Translations under genes and position numbers: made by a program
Shown here: in pieces, positions 51,912 to 61,061 of the stretch
Layout: every line of letters begins with the position of its first letter
Position numbering within the stretch: position 1 is the first letter of the stretch
The notes under the pieces: model-generated
The model's input: only the letters and a program-made list of their open reading frames with translations
Database searches by the model: none
What the model was told of the DNA's origin: nothing
Source of the DNA: Treponema sp.
Lineage (GTDB): Bacteria > Spirochaetota > Spirochaetia > Treponematales > Breznakiellaceae
NCBI GenBank assembly: GCA_009787835.1
Contig: WQSN01000008.1
Location: 2,308 to 66,307, forward strand
Length of the DNA stretch: 64,000 nt
Reading direction: 5' to 3'

Positions 51912-52313
51912 TCAGCTTTTACATAACATATCAACCCGTTTCATAAACTCATTGGAGATGCGTTTTTCCCATTTTATTGTAAAACTGACAGGCTGCCGCG
52001 ATTCCTTAATTTCCTTAAGCAGCGATTGAATCCCTTTTATATTGGGATTTTTGGTTACATTAGCCATATTGCCGTTTATTTTGGCGATTATTGCCTGGGA
52101 ATCGGTGGTTAGAATGTAGTTACCCGGGTGATCTTTTGCGTATTGTACCGCTCTTATGATGCCTTCCGATTCTGTGTCATCGTTGTTTGTGGAGGCGCAA
52201 AGACCGAATACGCCGGATTCCTCATGGATGATTTTATTGTCTTTTACAACAATATACGCCCATTTCTCAGAGCCGCCGTCTGTGTATATATTAACATACT
52301 TCCGGGAGGCCAT
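51912..52313 (-). CDS. RNase H (type I)-fold nuclease
   Basis: IYTDGG, TNN...E, TDSQ, W..R..N....VD.L acidic tetrad pattern. Confidence 0.8.
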   Translation of the reverse strand: MASRKYVNIYTDGGSEKWAYIVVKDNKIIHEESGVFGLCASTNNDDTESEGIIRAVQYAKDHPGNYILTTDSQAIIAKINGNMANVTKNPNIKGIQSLLKEIKESRQPVSFTIKWEKRISNEFMKRVDMLCKS

Positions 52314-52314
52314 G

Positions 52315-53538
52315 TTAAATAATACCCGCCTGCGAACAGCCTTCTATCGCGGGTATCCAGCAGTTTTTCAATTCCCTGTATTCCATTTTATTGAAAATTA
52401 TTTCCAGATCGGCGTCCGGCTTGATTGCCTCAAAAAGATAGGTAGAAAAAGTTTTATAGTTACCCAGGACAAACATAGCGTAACGTTTTTTCGCTTCTTT
52501 CGCGTCATCGCACTTTTTTAGGCAGTCCTGATAATAAATGGCCGCTTTCGCGCAAAGCGATAATGTCTCATTTCTGAAGCTAATCCATTCAGTTTTAATT
52601 TTTTCTGTCCTCGCGCTGATCTCGGGCCATGCCGCAGCCGCGTCATCAATGCTTCCCTGTTTAATCGCTGTAAAAATCTTTTCGTCTGAAAAATGATCTT
52701 CGCCTTTAAGGAAGAACAGGCTGCGGTAGTGATCTGTTTTTATTTTTATCCTGTTGAATTTCTGATCCTGCACTACAACGCCTTCGCGGTCGTTTGTATC
52801 GACAGACCTGCAGTATGCGATAACTTCATCAATATTTTTTAGCGGATAAATTTTTGGCGTTTCAAAACTCAGTTTAAAATTTTCCGCCGCCCATTCCGGA
52901 GTGCGTTCAAGCTCATGATCGCGGCAGCCGAGCAGGATAAGTTTTGTTTCCCTATAGGGGACTATAATCCGGTTGTAGGGTGATATTAGCTCAAACATGA
53001 ATGTCCAGCCCGCAGGAAGGCGTTTTATTTCCCCTTCATGGTCCCGCAGTGCATAGTCACGTAACGAGGCGAAAGTGCAGGGGAGCGGAAGTTTTTCATC
53101 GTTCTCCGCCGGGATCAGTTCCGGCACTTCGGCGTTAATGTCGAAACTTCCGTTTGTGGTCCACAGGTCGCCGCCGTCCTGTTCCTTTAAAAGTTTTATC
53201 AGGGAGCCGTCAAGTTTATCGCGCACATAAAGGGCGCTGTTCCAGTCGATTGGATCCGCTCCGTTTTCTCCAAAATTCATAAATTTAAAAAACGGCAAAA
53301 GGTGCGGCTTTACGGTTCCGTCTTCACGAATGTCGTACACAGAACCCCTGCAGCAGCGGACAACTGGATTGGTAAAGTCAGATTCAAACTGGCTGTATTT
53401 GAACATGAAAAGATTGGGGCGGTCAGGATGCCGCTTGGTTTTTACATTATACGGAGGCTTTGCCAGTTCTTCTTCAAAACTGTCAGGATATTTTTTTATA
53501 AAATTTGTTAAATATTCCCAGCTGTCATATTGTCCCAT
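52315..53538 (-). CDS. T4 Rnl1-family ATP-dependent RNA ligase
   Basis: CRG...PFFKFMNFGE, motif I DKLDGSLI, motif III FELISP.NRIIV.Y, motif IV EGVVV, motif V RIKIK, helical C-terminal domain. Confidence 0.87.
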   Translation of the reverse strand: MGQYDSWEYLTNFIKKYPDSFEEELAKPPYNVKTKRHPDRPNLFMFKYSQFESDFTNPVVRCCRGSVYDIREDGTVKPHLLPFFKFMNFGENGADPIDWNSALYVRDKLDGSLIKLLKEQDGGDLWTTNGSFDINAEVPELIPAENDEKLPLPCTFASLRDYALRDHEGEIKRLPAGWTFMFELISPYNRIIVPYRETKLILLGCRDHELERTPEWAAENFKLSFETPKIYPLKNIDEVIAYCRSVDTNDREGVVVQDQKFNRIKIKTDHYRSLFFLKGEDHFSDEKIFTAIKQGSIDDAAAAWPEISARTEKIKTEWISFRNETLSLCAKAAIYYQDCLKKCDDAKEAKKRYAMFVLGNYKTFSTYLFEAIKPDADLEIIFNKMEYRELKNCWIPAIEGCSQAGII

Positions 53539-53552
53539 ACATTATTTTCTGG

Positions 53553-54890
53553 TTACCTTTTCTCTGTCTCGGTATAGTCAATATGGGGCTGAACGCACTT
53601 GTAGGCAGGGCGAATGATTCTGCCGCCTGCTATAATTTCTTCCAGACGGTGAGCGCACCAGCCCGCTATCCTGCTAACGGCAAAAATGGGCGTGTTAAGC
53701 TCCGGCGGGATTCCCAGCATTTTATATACAAATCCCGAATAGAAGTCCACATTGGTGCAGATATCCTTGTCTGAGCCTTTTATCTTTTTAAAGACCGAAG
53801 GAGTAAGCCGTTCAATAAGACAGTAAAGGTTGAATTCCTTTAGCATGTCTTTTTCTTCCGCCAGGGATCCTGCCTTGTCGCGTAACAAAACCGACCTCGG
53901 GTCTGTAATTGTATAGATTGCGTGTCCCTGCCCGTATATTAATTTTGATCCGTCGTAAGCCTCGCCCTTTAGAATTTTTTCAAGATACCCGGATACTTCT
54001 TTTTCGCTTTCCCAGTCTTTAACATTATTCATAATATCGTCCATCATGCCGATGACTTTCTCGTTTGCTCCGCCGTGCTTGTAACCTTTCAGCGAGCCAA
54101 GCCCCGCCGCGATTGCAGAAAAGGTATCGGTATCCGAAGAAGAAACGACATGTACGGTAAATGTTGAATTATTGCCGCCTCCGTGTTCCGCGTGAAGCAC
54201 AAGTGCAAGATCCAAAAGCTGCGCTTCGTATTTTGTGTACATTTTATCAGGCCTGATAAGCGAAAGTAAAGTTTCTGCGCTGGACAATGACGGATCCGCC
54301 TGATGAATTACAAGGCTTTCATGATTGATATAATGTTTCATTGACATGTAGGAATATGCGGCGATTGTAGGGAAGCGCGCGATAAGTTCCATGCACTGGC
54401 GCAGAACATTTTCAGGCGATTGATTTTCCGGATCTTCATCGTAAGGATAAAGCGCGAGTATGGAAGATGCCAGCTTGTTCATTATGTTTCGCGAAGGAGC
54501 TCTCATTATTACATCTTCAGCGAAATTTTTCGGCAGGGCGCGGAAACTTCCGATATCACTGTTAAATTCATCAAGCTGTTTTTGACCTGGCAGCCTGCCG
54601 AAAAGAAGGAGGTAAACTATTTCTTCAAAACAGAAGCGGCCGCTTTTGGCGGCGGCGGACGCGATATCTACGACATCAATTCCCCTGTAAAAAAGTTTTC
54701 CGGGGACGGCAACTTTCTTTCCGTCTATAACTTCATAACCCTGTACATCGCCGACCCGGGTAAGCCCGACAAGCACGCCTGTTCCGTCTTCATTGCGAAG
54801 GCCGCGTTTTACCTGGAATTTGTTGAACAATTCGCTGTCAATATAATCATTGCCGGCTATCTCATCCAAATGTTCTGTCAGATTAATCAT
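53553..54890 (-). CDS. gltA: Citrate synthase (Si-type) family protein
   Basis: KRGLR, LFYRG, LHAEHG, KHGGAN, GQGHAIY..DPR, NVDFYSG, RPAY. Confidence 0.9.
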   Translation of the reverse strand: MINLTEHLDEIAGNDYIDSELFNKFQVKRGLRNEDGTGVLVGLTRVGDVQGYEVIDGKKVAVPGKLFYRGIDVVDIASAAAKSGRFCFEEIVYLLLFGRLPGQKQLDEFNSDIGSFRALPKNFAEDVIMRAPSRNIMNKLASSILALYPYDEDPENQSPENVLRQCMELIARFPTIAAYSYMSMKHYINHESLVIHQADPSLSSAETLLSLIRPDKMYTKYEAQLLDLALVLHAEHGGGNNSTFTVHVVSSSDTDTFSAIAAGLGSLKGYKHGGANEKVIGMMDDIMNNVKDWESEKEVSGYLEKILKGEAYDGSKLIYGQGHAIYTITDPRSVLLRDKAGSLAEEKDMLKEFNLYCLIERLTPSVFKKIKGSDKDICTNVDFYSGFVYKMLGIPPELNTPIFAVSRIAGWCAHRLEEIIAGGRIIRPAYKCVQPHIDYTETEKR

Positions 54891-54893
54891 TAT

Positions 54894-56630
54894 CTACTCC
54901 TTGTTTAGATCCTTCTCACGAATCTGTACACGGCGGTATTTTCCGCTTATGGTTTTTGGAAGTTCGTTTACAAATTCAACAATACGCGGGTACTTGTAAG
55001 GAGCGGTGGTTTTTTTCACATGTTCCTGAAGTTCTGTTTTGAGTTCATCGGAAGTGGAATATTGCTTTGAAAGCACAACAGTCGCTTTTACTACAGCGCC
55101 GCGATCAGGATCCGGAAAACCTGTGATAACGCATTCAAGAACCGCCGGATGTTCCAAAAGCGCGCTTTCTACTTCAAACGGTCCGATTCTATAACCTGAA
55201 CTTTTTATTACATCATCGTTGCGGCCTACAAACCAATAGTAGCCGTTTTCATCTTTCCACGCGACATCGCCCGTGTGGTAAATGTCATTGTTCCATACGC
55301 TTTTTGTTAGGGTTTCATCGCGGTAGTAGCCGCCGAACATTCCCCATGGTTTTCGTTTATCAGTGCGGACTACAATCTGTCCTTCTTCACCCATACTGCA
55401 TGAAGAGCCGTCTTCGCGCAGCAGATCAATATCATAACCCGGGGCCGGTTTTCCCATTGAACCTGGTTTTGGCTCCAGCCACGGCCATGTGCAAAGAGAA
55501 ACAGTCAGTTCCGTCTGCCCGTAACATTCGCGTAACTTCAATCCTGTGCCGGCCAGAAATTGCTCGAAAATTTCCGGGTTTAGCGGTTCTCCCGCCACAG
55601 AGCAGTTTTTTAAAGCGGAAAAATCGTATTTTTTGAGGTCTTCCTTTATAAAGAAGCGGTAAATGGTAGGCGGTGCACAAAAACTTGTAAGGCGGTATCT
55701 GCTGATAATTTCCAGCATAGCAGATGGCGAAAAACGGTCGTAATCGTAAATAAAAATTCCCGCCGCGCATAGCCACTGGCCGTAAATACAGCCCCATGCT
55801 GCCTTTGCCCAGCCCGTATCCGCGACAGTCAGGTGCAAACCGCCCGGCGTCACCTGATGCCAGTATTTCGCTGTCGCGATGTGACCTAACGGATATGTAA
55901 AGTCGTGCCGCACCATTTTAGGCAGCCCAGTTGTGCCTGATGTAAAATATAAAAGCATAATATCCGCGTTCGAGTTGGCATCCTGCGGCCTTATAAATTC
56001 TGACGGCGCATTTTCCATAAGAAGGCTGAAGTTGATCCACGGCGGCTGCGTTACGCGATCTTCTGCGCCGCTGCCTGTCAGGATAAAGGCTTTAAAACGC
56101 AGTTTCTGTTTAATGGTTTTACCGGCTTCATCTATCCTGCCCATAAGTTCGGGATCGTCTACGCAGATAATTCCCTTTATGGCTGCCGCATCGCATCTGT
56201 AAATAATGTCCTTGGCGGTAAGAAGGTGGGTAGCGGGGATTGCGATTGCGCCCAGCTTATGCAGAGCCAGAATCACGGGCCAGAATTGCCAGCGGCGTTT
56301 TAATACCAGCATTACAGGGTCGCCTTTCCCGATTCCATTTTCACGTAACGCGTTGGCGGCTTTATCTGAAAGGCTTTTCATCTGCGCAAAGGTAAAAGCA
56401 GCTTCCTCTCCTTTTTCATCGCACCATTGCAATGCCCGCTGCCCGCTTTTTTCCCGCGCGAGTACGTCAATTACATCATAAGCGAAGTTGAAATTTTCCG
56501 GTGTTATAACATTATAGTTTTTATAGAAATCCTCATAAGACTCAAATTCTGTTTTTGTCAGATATTTATCCGGAAGGGAAGAGCGCTCTGATGCGGCTTC
56601 CTGTGAGTCCTGAGGTGCAGACAGTGACAT
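54894..56630 (-). CDS. AMP-forming acyl-CoA synthetase (acetyl-CoA synthetase-like)
   Basis: YFTSGTTGLPK, YGQTE, YHTGD, GRNDDVIKSSGYRIGPFEVE, LPKTISGK. Confidence 0.93.
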   Translation of the reverse strand: MSLSAPQDSQEAASERSSLPDKYLTKTEFESYEDFYKNYNVITPENFNFAYDVIDVLAREKSGQRALQWCDEKGEEAAFTFAQMKSLSDKAANALRENGIGKGDPVMLVLKRRWQFWPVILALHKLGAIAIPATHLLTAKDIIYRCDAAAIKGIICVDDPELMGRIDEAGKTIKQKLRFKAFILTGSGAEDRVTQPPWINFSLLMENAPSEFIRPQDANSNADIMLLYFTSGTTGLPKMVRHDFTYPLGHIATAKYWHQVTPGGLHLTVADTGWAKAAWGCIYGQWLCAAGIFIYDYDRFSPSAMLEIISRYRLTSFCAPPTIYRFFIKEDLKKYDFSALKNCSVAGEPLNPEIFEQFLAGTGLKLRECYGQTELTVSLCTWPWLEPKPGSMGKPAPGYDIDLLREDGSSCSMGEEGQIVVRTDKRKPWGMFGGYYRDETLTKSVWNNDIYHTGDVAWKDENGYYWFVGRNDDVIKSSGYRIGPFEVESALLEHPAVLECVITGFPDPDRGAVVKATVVLSKQYSTSDELKTELQEHVKKTTAPYKYPRIVEFVNELPKTISGKYRRVQIREKDLNKE

Positions 56631-56658
56631 TTAATATTTTCTCCTATGTTAAATTAGA

Positions 56659-56709
56659 GTTGTCCGGATGCTTCAGTTTCCGGACTAACCTGGTTGTCGA
56701 ACAAGTCCA
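56659..56709. repeat. Variant small palindrome plus 18-bp motif shared with 14753-14770
   Basis: GTTGTCCGGA-TGCTTCAGTT-TCCGGACTAAC followed by GGTTGTCGAACAAGTCCA. Confidence 0.6.
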
Positions 56710-56742
56710 TGCTGGAAATTTGATGCGCCGCCGCCGTTTATT

Positions 56743-57318
56743 TTAAAAAACAAACGCTAAAAAACGGGCCGCTTTTCCGCCAAGGGCTTTCATGCCATGA
56801 GGTTCGCCTGAGTCGTAGTAAACGCAGTCGCCGGATTCAAGTTCAATTTCATGGCCGCTGATCGATATCAGCAGCCGCCCCTCCAATACATAGTTAAATT
56901 CCTGTCCGGGATGCGTATTTAAACTGACAGGTTTGTTTTCCGTTTCGGCGGACGCTTCCACAAGGAACGGCTCGGCCTTTTTACGGTGAAAATTATACGC
57001 GAGGTTCCAGTATCCGTACATTGGACGGCGCGTTACTTCCGGGGCTTCTCCTGAGCGCGTAACGCAGAATGTTTTCAGCTTGGAAGCCGCGCCGCTGATC
57101 AGTTCCGATAAATCTACCCTGTAGCGCGATGCGATTTCAACTAACGCGCCGACCGGAAAATCCTTTTCTGCTTTTTCCCATGCCCTGTATTCTGCGGGAT
57201 CAAAGCCAAGTTCCTTCGCCAAAGATTCGCAGGATATATCTTCAATTTCCCTTAACACACGCACGCGGGATGCGATTTCTTTCAGGCTTGTATGCGAATA
57301 GTTTTCGTTTTCTATCAT
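56743..57318 (-). CDS. XRE-family HTH-cupin transcriptional regulator
   Basis: N-terminal HTH; HPGQEFNYVLEG and GD.VYYDS..PH cupin; typical neighbour of acyl-CoA synthetases. Confidence 0.9.
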   Translation of the reverse strand: MIENENYSHTSLKEIASRVRVLREIEDISCESLAKELGFDPAEYRAWEKAEKDFPVGALVEIASRYRVDLSELISGAASKLKTFCVTRSGEAPEVTRRPMYGYWNLAYNFHRKKAEPFLVEASAETENKPVSLNTHPGQEFNYVLEGRLLISISGHEIELESGDCVYYDSGEPHGMKALGGKAARFLAFVF

Positions 57319-58031
57319 TACCTTTTCCTGATCTCAATTGATCCGTTTGAATGGGCTATGTAAACAACGGGAATTTTTACTGTAAAAAACCCATTTTCCA
57401 CAACGCCCGGAATTTGTTTAAGCGCTGTTTCCATTACCGCAGGATCTACAGGTTCGCCGAAACGGATATCAAGAATTATGTTTCCGTGTTCTGTAACAAC
57501 CGGTCCGGCCTTGCGCAGCGCTTCCCTCAGTATAACAGATGCGCCCATTTTTTCAAGCGTTCTTGTAACCTGGACTCTGGCTTCCGGAATTACTTCAACA
57601 GGAACCGGAAAACCCGAGCCAAGACTTTCTTTCAGTTTTGATTCATCCGCTGCAATGGCGTATAACGCTGAAGCGTACGCCGCGAGCTTTTCGATTAATA
57701 AAGCGCCGCCTCCGCCCTTTATCAGGCGGTTCTGCGGATCCACTTCATCCGCGCCGTCTATGGTAAGATCAAGGCCTGACGACAGCTCCCGCGAATTAAG
57801 GGAATATACCGGAATGCCCAGCCTTTCGCATTCTATCTCTGTCTGTAAACTGGTGGCAAAGGCGCAAATGTCGTGTAACTTGCCGCAGGAGACAAGAGCG
57901 CCGATTCTGCGGACCGCGTGTATCGCGGTGGAACCTGTGCCAAGACCGAGTTTCATGCCGCTTTTTACCATATCGTCTGCTACGGCAAAACCTGCCGTTT
58001 CTTTCATTAACCTGTTCGAATCCTGCTCCAT
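57318..58031 (-). CDS. rpiA: Ribose-5-phosphate isomerase A
   Basis: GLGTGST, IDGADEVD, IKGGGGAL..EK, PGVVENG. Confidence 0.97.
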   Translation of the reverse strand: MEQDSNRLMKETAGFAVADDMVKSGMKLGLGTGSTAIHAVRRIGALVSCGKLHDICAFATSLQTEIECERLGIPVYSLNSRELSSGLDLTIDGADEVDPQNRLIKGGGGALLIEKLAAYASALYAIAADESKLKESLGSGFPVPVEVIPEARVQVTRTLEKMGASVILREALRKAGPVVTEHGNIILDIRFGEPVDPAVMETALKQIPGVVENGFFTVKIPVVYIAHSNGSIEIRKR

Positions 58032-59617
58032 GTATTCGCTCCTGATACGTTTATATGCGATAAAAGCTGTTGGGGAATTTCCCGATCCATAAAACTTGTA
58101 TATTGCATACAGGCCTGCCGGATTACCATGTCGTATCCATTCATTGTTCTGCAGCCGGATGCCGCCGCCCGTTTCAAAAAAGCTGTCTCCTGCGGCGAAT
58201 ATATCAAATCCATAACAGCTTCCTTTCCTGTAAAAGTATAAATCTCAAGCGGATCATGGCTGGAACTGCTGCCATCCTGCCTTTGATTGGGCGAATCCTT
58301 CGGCTGATGGTCAGTCTGAGGCTCCATTGATTCATAGCCGTCCATACCTACCGAAGTAGTCTGTATAATTAAATCTGAAAATTTAGCCATCATTTCCACT
58401 CCGTGATCGTCCAGTCCGCCCCAGCGGAAATTGTAAAGTGACGCGATATTTTTGGCTTTATGAACAGAGCGATTCAATATTACAGCATTACCTCCCAGAC
58501 GGGAAATTTCCGCCGCAACCGCGCGGGCTACGCCTCCGGCTCCGATGATCGTGGCTTTCATCCATTTTAAATTTTTCCTTTCCAGAAAATTTAAAAGCGA
58601 TTCTGAGAAGCCTGTGCAATCCGTATTTTCTCCGAACCAGCCTTCTTCCGTGCGTTTAATTGTGTTGCATGCGCCGATTGACAGTACCGCCGCGGAATTT
58701 TTATTTAAAAACGGAAGTATTGATTCTTTATACGGCACTGTTATGGAAAGCCCCTGGACATTCATTTCTTCCGCAAGTTGTATAAAATCGCTGATGGAAT
58801 CCGCAGGAAAAGGCACATACACAGAATCAGAGTTCTCAAGGCTGAAAACCGTATTGATAAACCACGGGCTGATGCTGGATTTAAGCGGAAAACCGACAAT
58901 GCCGTAAATCTTTGTATTGCCGCTGATATTACGGAATCTGTACAATTCCGCCAGTTCTTTTACATCCAGCTGCCCTGACGCTCCGGGGATTTCATTTTCA
59001 GATAACGCGCTTGAATAACTTATTGATGAGCCGAATCTTTCCGCAAGGATTCTGGAATAAATGCCGTAATACCCCATACATATCAGAATTTTATCCTGAT
59101 TACCGCAGGCTTTTGATGACTGATAAACATGCAGAACATCGCTTGTTGATTTTACAGTAACCGCCACTTTAATAATTTCATCTCCCGCGTGCCTCATCGA
59201 TCTGATTTTCTCCGGGATTTCATCTATTACTCCGTTTAAAATGTGGCAGGATCGGATGATTCTCGTGCCAAAGGTTCGGGCCGCCTCTTCAAGGCTTGGA
59301 ACATCAAAGTCTTCTTCAATATCAAGGTAAGCGAAATTAAACCTTCTGTCCGCGTTCGCGAAAGCGAGTCCCCGCGCGAACAATCTTACCCGTGAACCTT
59401 CGCCGCCTGTGTAATATCCTCCGTCAATGTCGCGCCTGATTGTCAGAATTACAGGCAGACCTGCCAGTTCAGGGAAGCGGCGTATTAAAAGGCGTTCATC
59501 TGGATCAAGGCAGTCGACGCGCAGTTCCGCAAGATCAATGAACTTGCGGTATCTGTTGAGTATTTCCAGATTTCTTTCAATGGTTTTTGACGTTAAACAC
59601 AGGCATAATTTTGACAC
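58007..59617 (-). CDS. Bifunctional type I 3-dehydroquinate dehydratase / shikimate dehydrogenase
   Basis: ELRVD..., IIRSCH (AroD); SISP, SITVPYKE, GACNT, NTD, IGAGG, DLIYSP.ET (AroE). Confidence 0.92.
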   Translation of the reverse strand: MSKLCLCLTSKTIERNLEILNRYRKFIDLAELRVDCLDPDERLLIRRFPELAGLPVILTIRRDIDGGYYTGGEGSRVRLFARGLAFANADRRFNFAYLDIEEDFDVPSLEEAARTFGTRIIRSCHILNGVIDEIPEKIRSMRHAGDEIIKVAVTVKSTSDVLHVYQSSKACGNQDKILICMGYYGIYSRILAERFGSSISYSSALSENEIPGASGQLDVKELAELYRFRNISGNTKIYGIVGFPLKSSISPWFINTVFSLENSDSVYVPFPADSISDFIQLAEEMNVQGLSITVPYKESILPFLNKNSAAVLSIGACNTIKRTEEGWFGENTDCTGFSESLLNFLERKNLKWMKATIIGAGGVARAVAAEISRLGGNAVILNRSVHKAKNIASLYNFRWGGLDDHGVEMMAKFSDLIIQTTSVGMDGYESMEPQTDHQPKDSPNQRQDGSSSSHDPLEIYTFTGKEAVMDLIYSPQETAFLKRAAASGCRTMNGYDMVIRQACMQYTSFMDREIPQQLLSHINVSGANTWSRIRTG

Positions 59618-59635
59618 AATAACCCCTATACTGTA

Positions 59636-60076
59636 TTAAAAATCCGGGCGGTAAACATAAATAGCGCTGACCGCATAAGTTTTATTAAAGTTGATTCTCA
59701 TTACCAATGGCCAATCCTGTCCTGTCAGCGGTATAAGTACATGATCGTCCATATCTTCTGCGGCGTTTCCAAGAACCAGCAAAACAGCCGCTTTTGGGTC
59801 GCCCGCAGAGATACCGTAGGCAGCCGGAAGCCTTACCTGCCAGACCCTGTCGCCGAATATGTAAAAATCTCCCACACTGTACTGAAAGATAACATCATCC
59901 TGCCATACTTCAATGCCTCTTGCGGCGTAAACCGCTATAGGCGCTCCAAAACGTTCAAATACCTCTTCCAGTTTCATGCCGACAAAAAAAAACGCGCCGG
60001 AACCATCTGTCTGCCCCTGTGCCAGGATCGGTAAACTGAGAAGCAGTAACAGCGAAAATAAAATTCTCCGCCTCAT
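59636..60076 (-). CDS. Hypothetical exported protein
   Basis: Signal peptide; co-directional with aroDE. Confidence 0.7.
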   Translation of the reverse strand: MRRRILFSLLLLLSLPILAQGQTDGSGAFFFVGMKLEEVFERFGAPIAVYAARGIEVWQDDVIFQYSVGDFYIFGDRVWQVRLPAAYGISAGDPKAAVLLVLGNAAEDMDDHVLIPLTGQDWPLVMRINFNKTYAVSAIYVYRPDF

Positions 60077-60125
60077 GGTTTATATTACCTGAGGAGCGGT
60101 TTTCCCGCAATAGCGCGCCATAATC

Positions 60126-60899
60126 CTAATTGCTCATCTCATTAAAAATCCATGCTTTTCCGTTACACCTCAGTATCCCATCCGCGCTTATCCACACATT
60201 TATCCCTGAACGAACAGGGAAGACGGGCTGCTCATCTTCTTCAAAGTATAATGGCTCAGAAAAAGGAGAAGATCCGTACCACAAACCTGCGGGAACCGGG
60301 ATTGGCGTTTCTTCTACGCTTTCGGGAACAAGACGGCGCTGGTCAAAGTTTGAATTTATGGTTTTTTCTGCAATGAAACGCCAATCTGCTGACCAGGGAT
60401 CAATACGGACGGCTTCATTCAGCGCTGTGGAACTGAAAAGCCTCCGAAACCTTGGCCAGTCATAATATGCAGGCATTTTCGGGCTGTTTTGGTCATTGGC
60501 AAGAGTAAGTTCCCAATAGAAAACGGCGTCTTTTCCGTTTTCCCAGCTTAGGCACAGACGGTTATCCATGACATCAAAGGGAAATAAAGCGCCTGCGGGC
60601 TTAAAAAGTCCCTGGTACAGGTTTCGATCCGGCCAATACGGCCATGCTGTAACAGGGTTTGTCCAGGTAACTGGCAGTTCGATTTCTATACTGCCGCACG
60701 GTAAAATTTCTGTTATTTGCTTATGACCGCCAGGATCCAGCCATTCCAAATGCCAGTGAGGTTCTCCCAGAAGCGAGACCCAGTGTTCAGGCGGCGCAGG
60801 AAATTCCAGGATATACCTGGAAGGGGTTAAATCCCCGCAGCAAATGAACTGCAGGGACACGAAAAGGACTGTGAAAAATTTGTAATTTAATTTTCTCAT
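60126..60899 (-). CDS. Hypothetical Trp/Pro-rich putative lipoprotein
   Basis: Signal peptide ending in FICC; 257-aa ORF. Confidence 0.65.
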   Translation of the reverse strand: MRKLNYKFFTVLFVSLQFICCGDLTPSRYILEFPAPPEHWVSLLGEPHWHLEWLDPGGHKQITEILPCGSIEIELPVTWTNPVTAWPYWPDRNLYQGLFKPAGALFPFDVMDNRLCLSWENGKDAVFYWELTLANDQNSPKMPAYYDWPRFRRLFSSTALNEAVRIDPWSADWRFIAEKTINSNFDQRRLVPESVEETPIPVPAGLWYGSSPFSEPLYFEEDEQPVFPVRSGINVWISADGILRCNGKAWIFNEMSN

Positions 60900-60943
60900 A
60901 CCCTTATATGGCGCGAATATGTCAATTTGCTTTACTAAAGACT

Positions 60944-60995
60944 GAGGTTATTCCTAAAAAGCTAACTTTCGGTTTGAAAATTTTGGAACAGCCTC
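60944..60995. repeat. Small palindromic repeat (GCTGTTCCAAAA family), degenerate, between divergent genes
   Basis: GAGGTTATTCC...TTTTGGAACAGCCTC. Confidence 0.65.
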
Positions 60996-61061
60996 GGCTA
61001 TAAAAAGATTTTATGCCTCTGAATAATTGTATTTTTTGCTTATTTGTTTCATAATTAAAAT

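Noticed and set aside
51912-53538. Prophage remnant
   Set aside because: Rnl1 is phage-associated, but no integrase, structural gene or att-like repeat is visible, and composition resembles the flanking genes.
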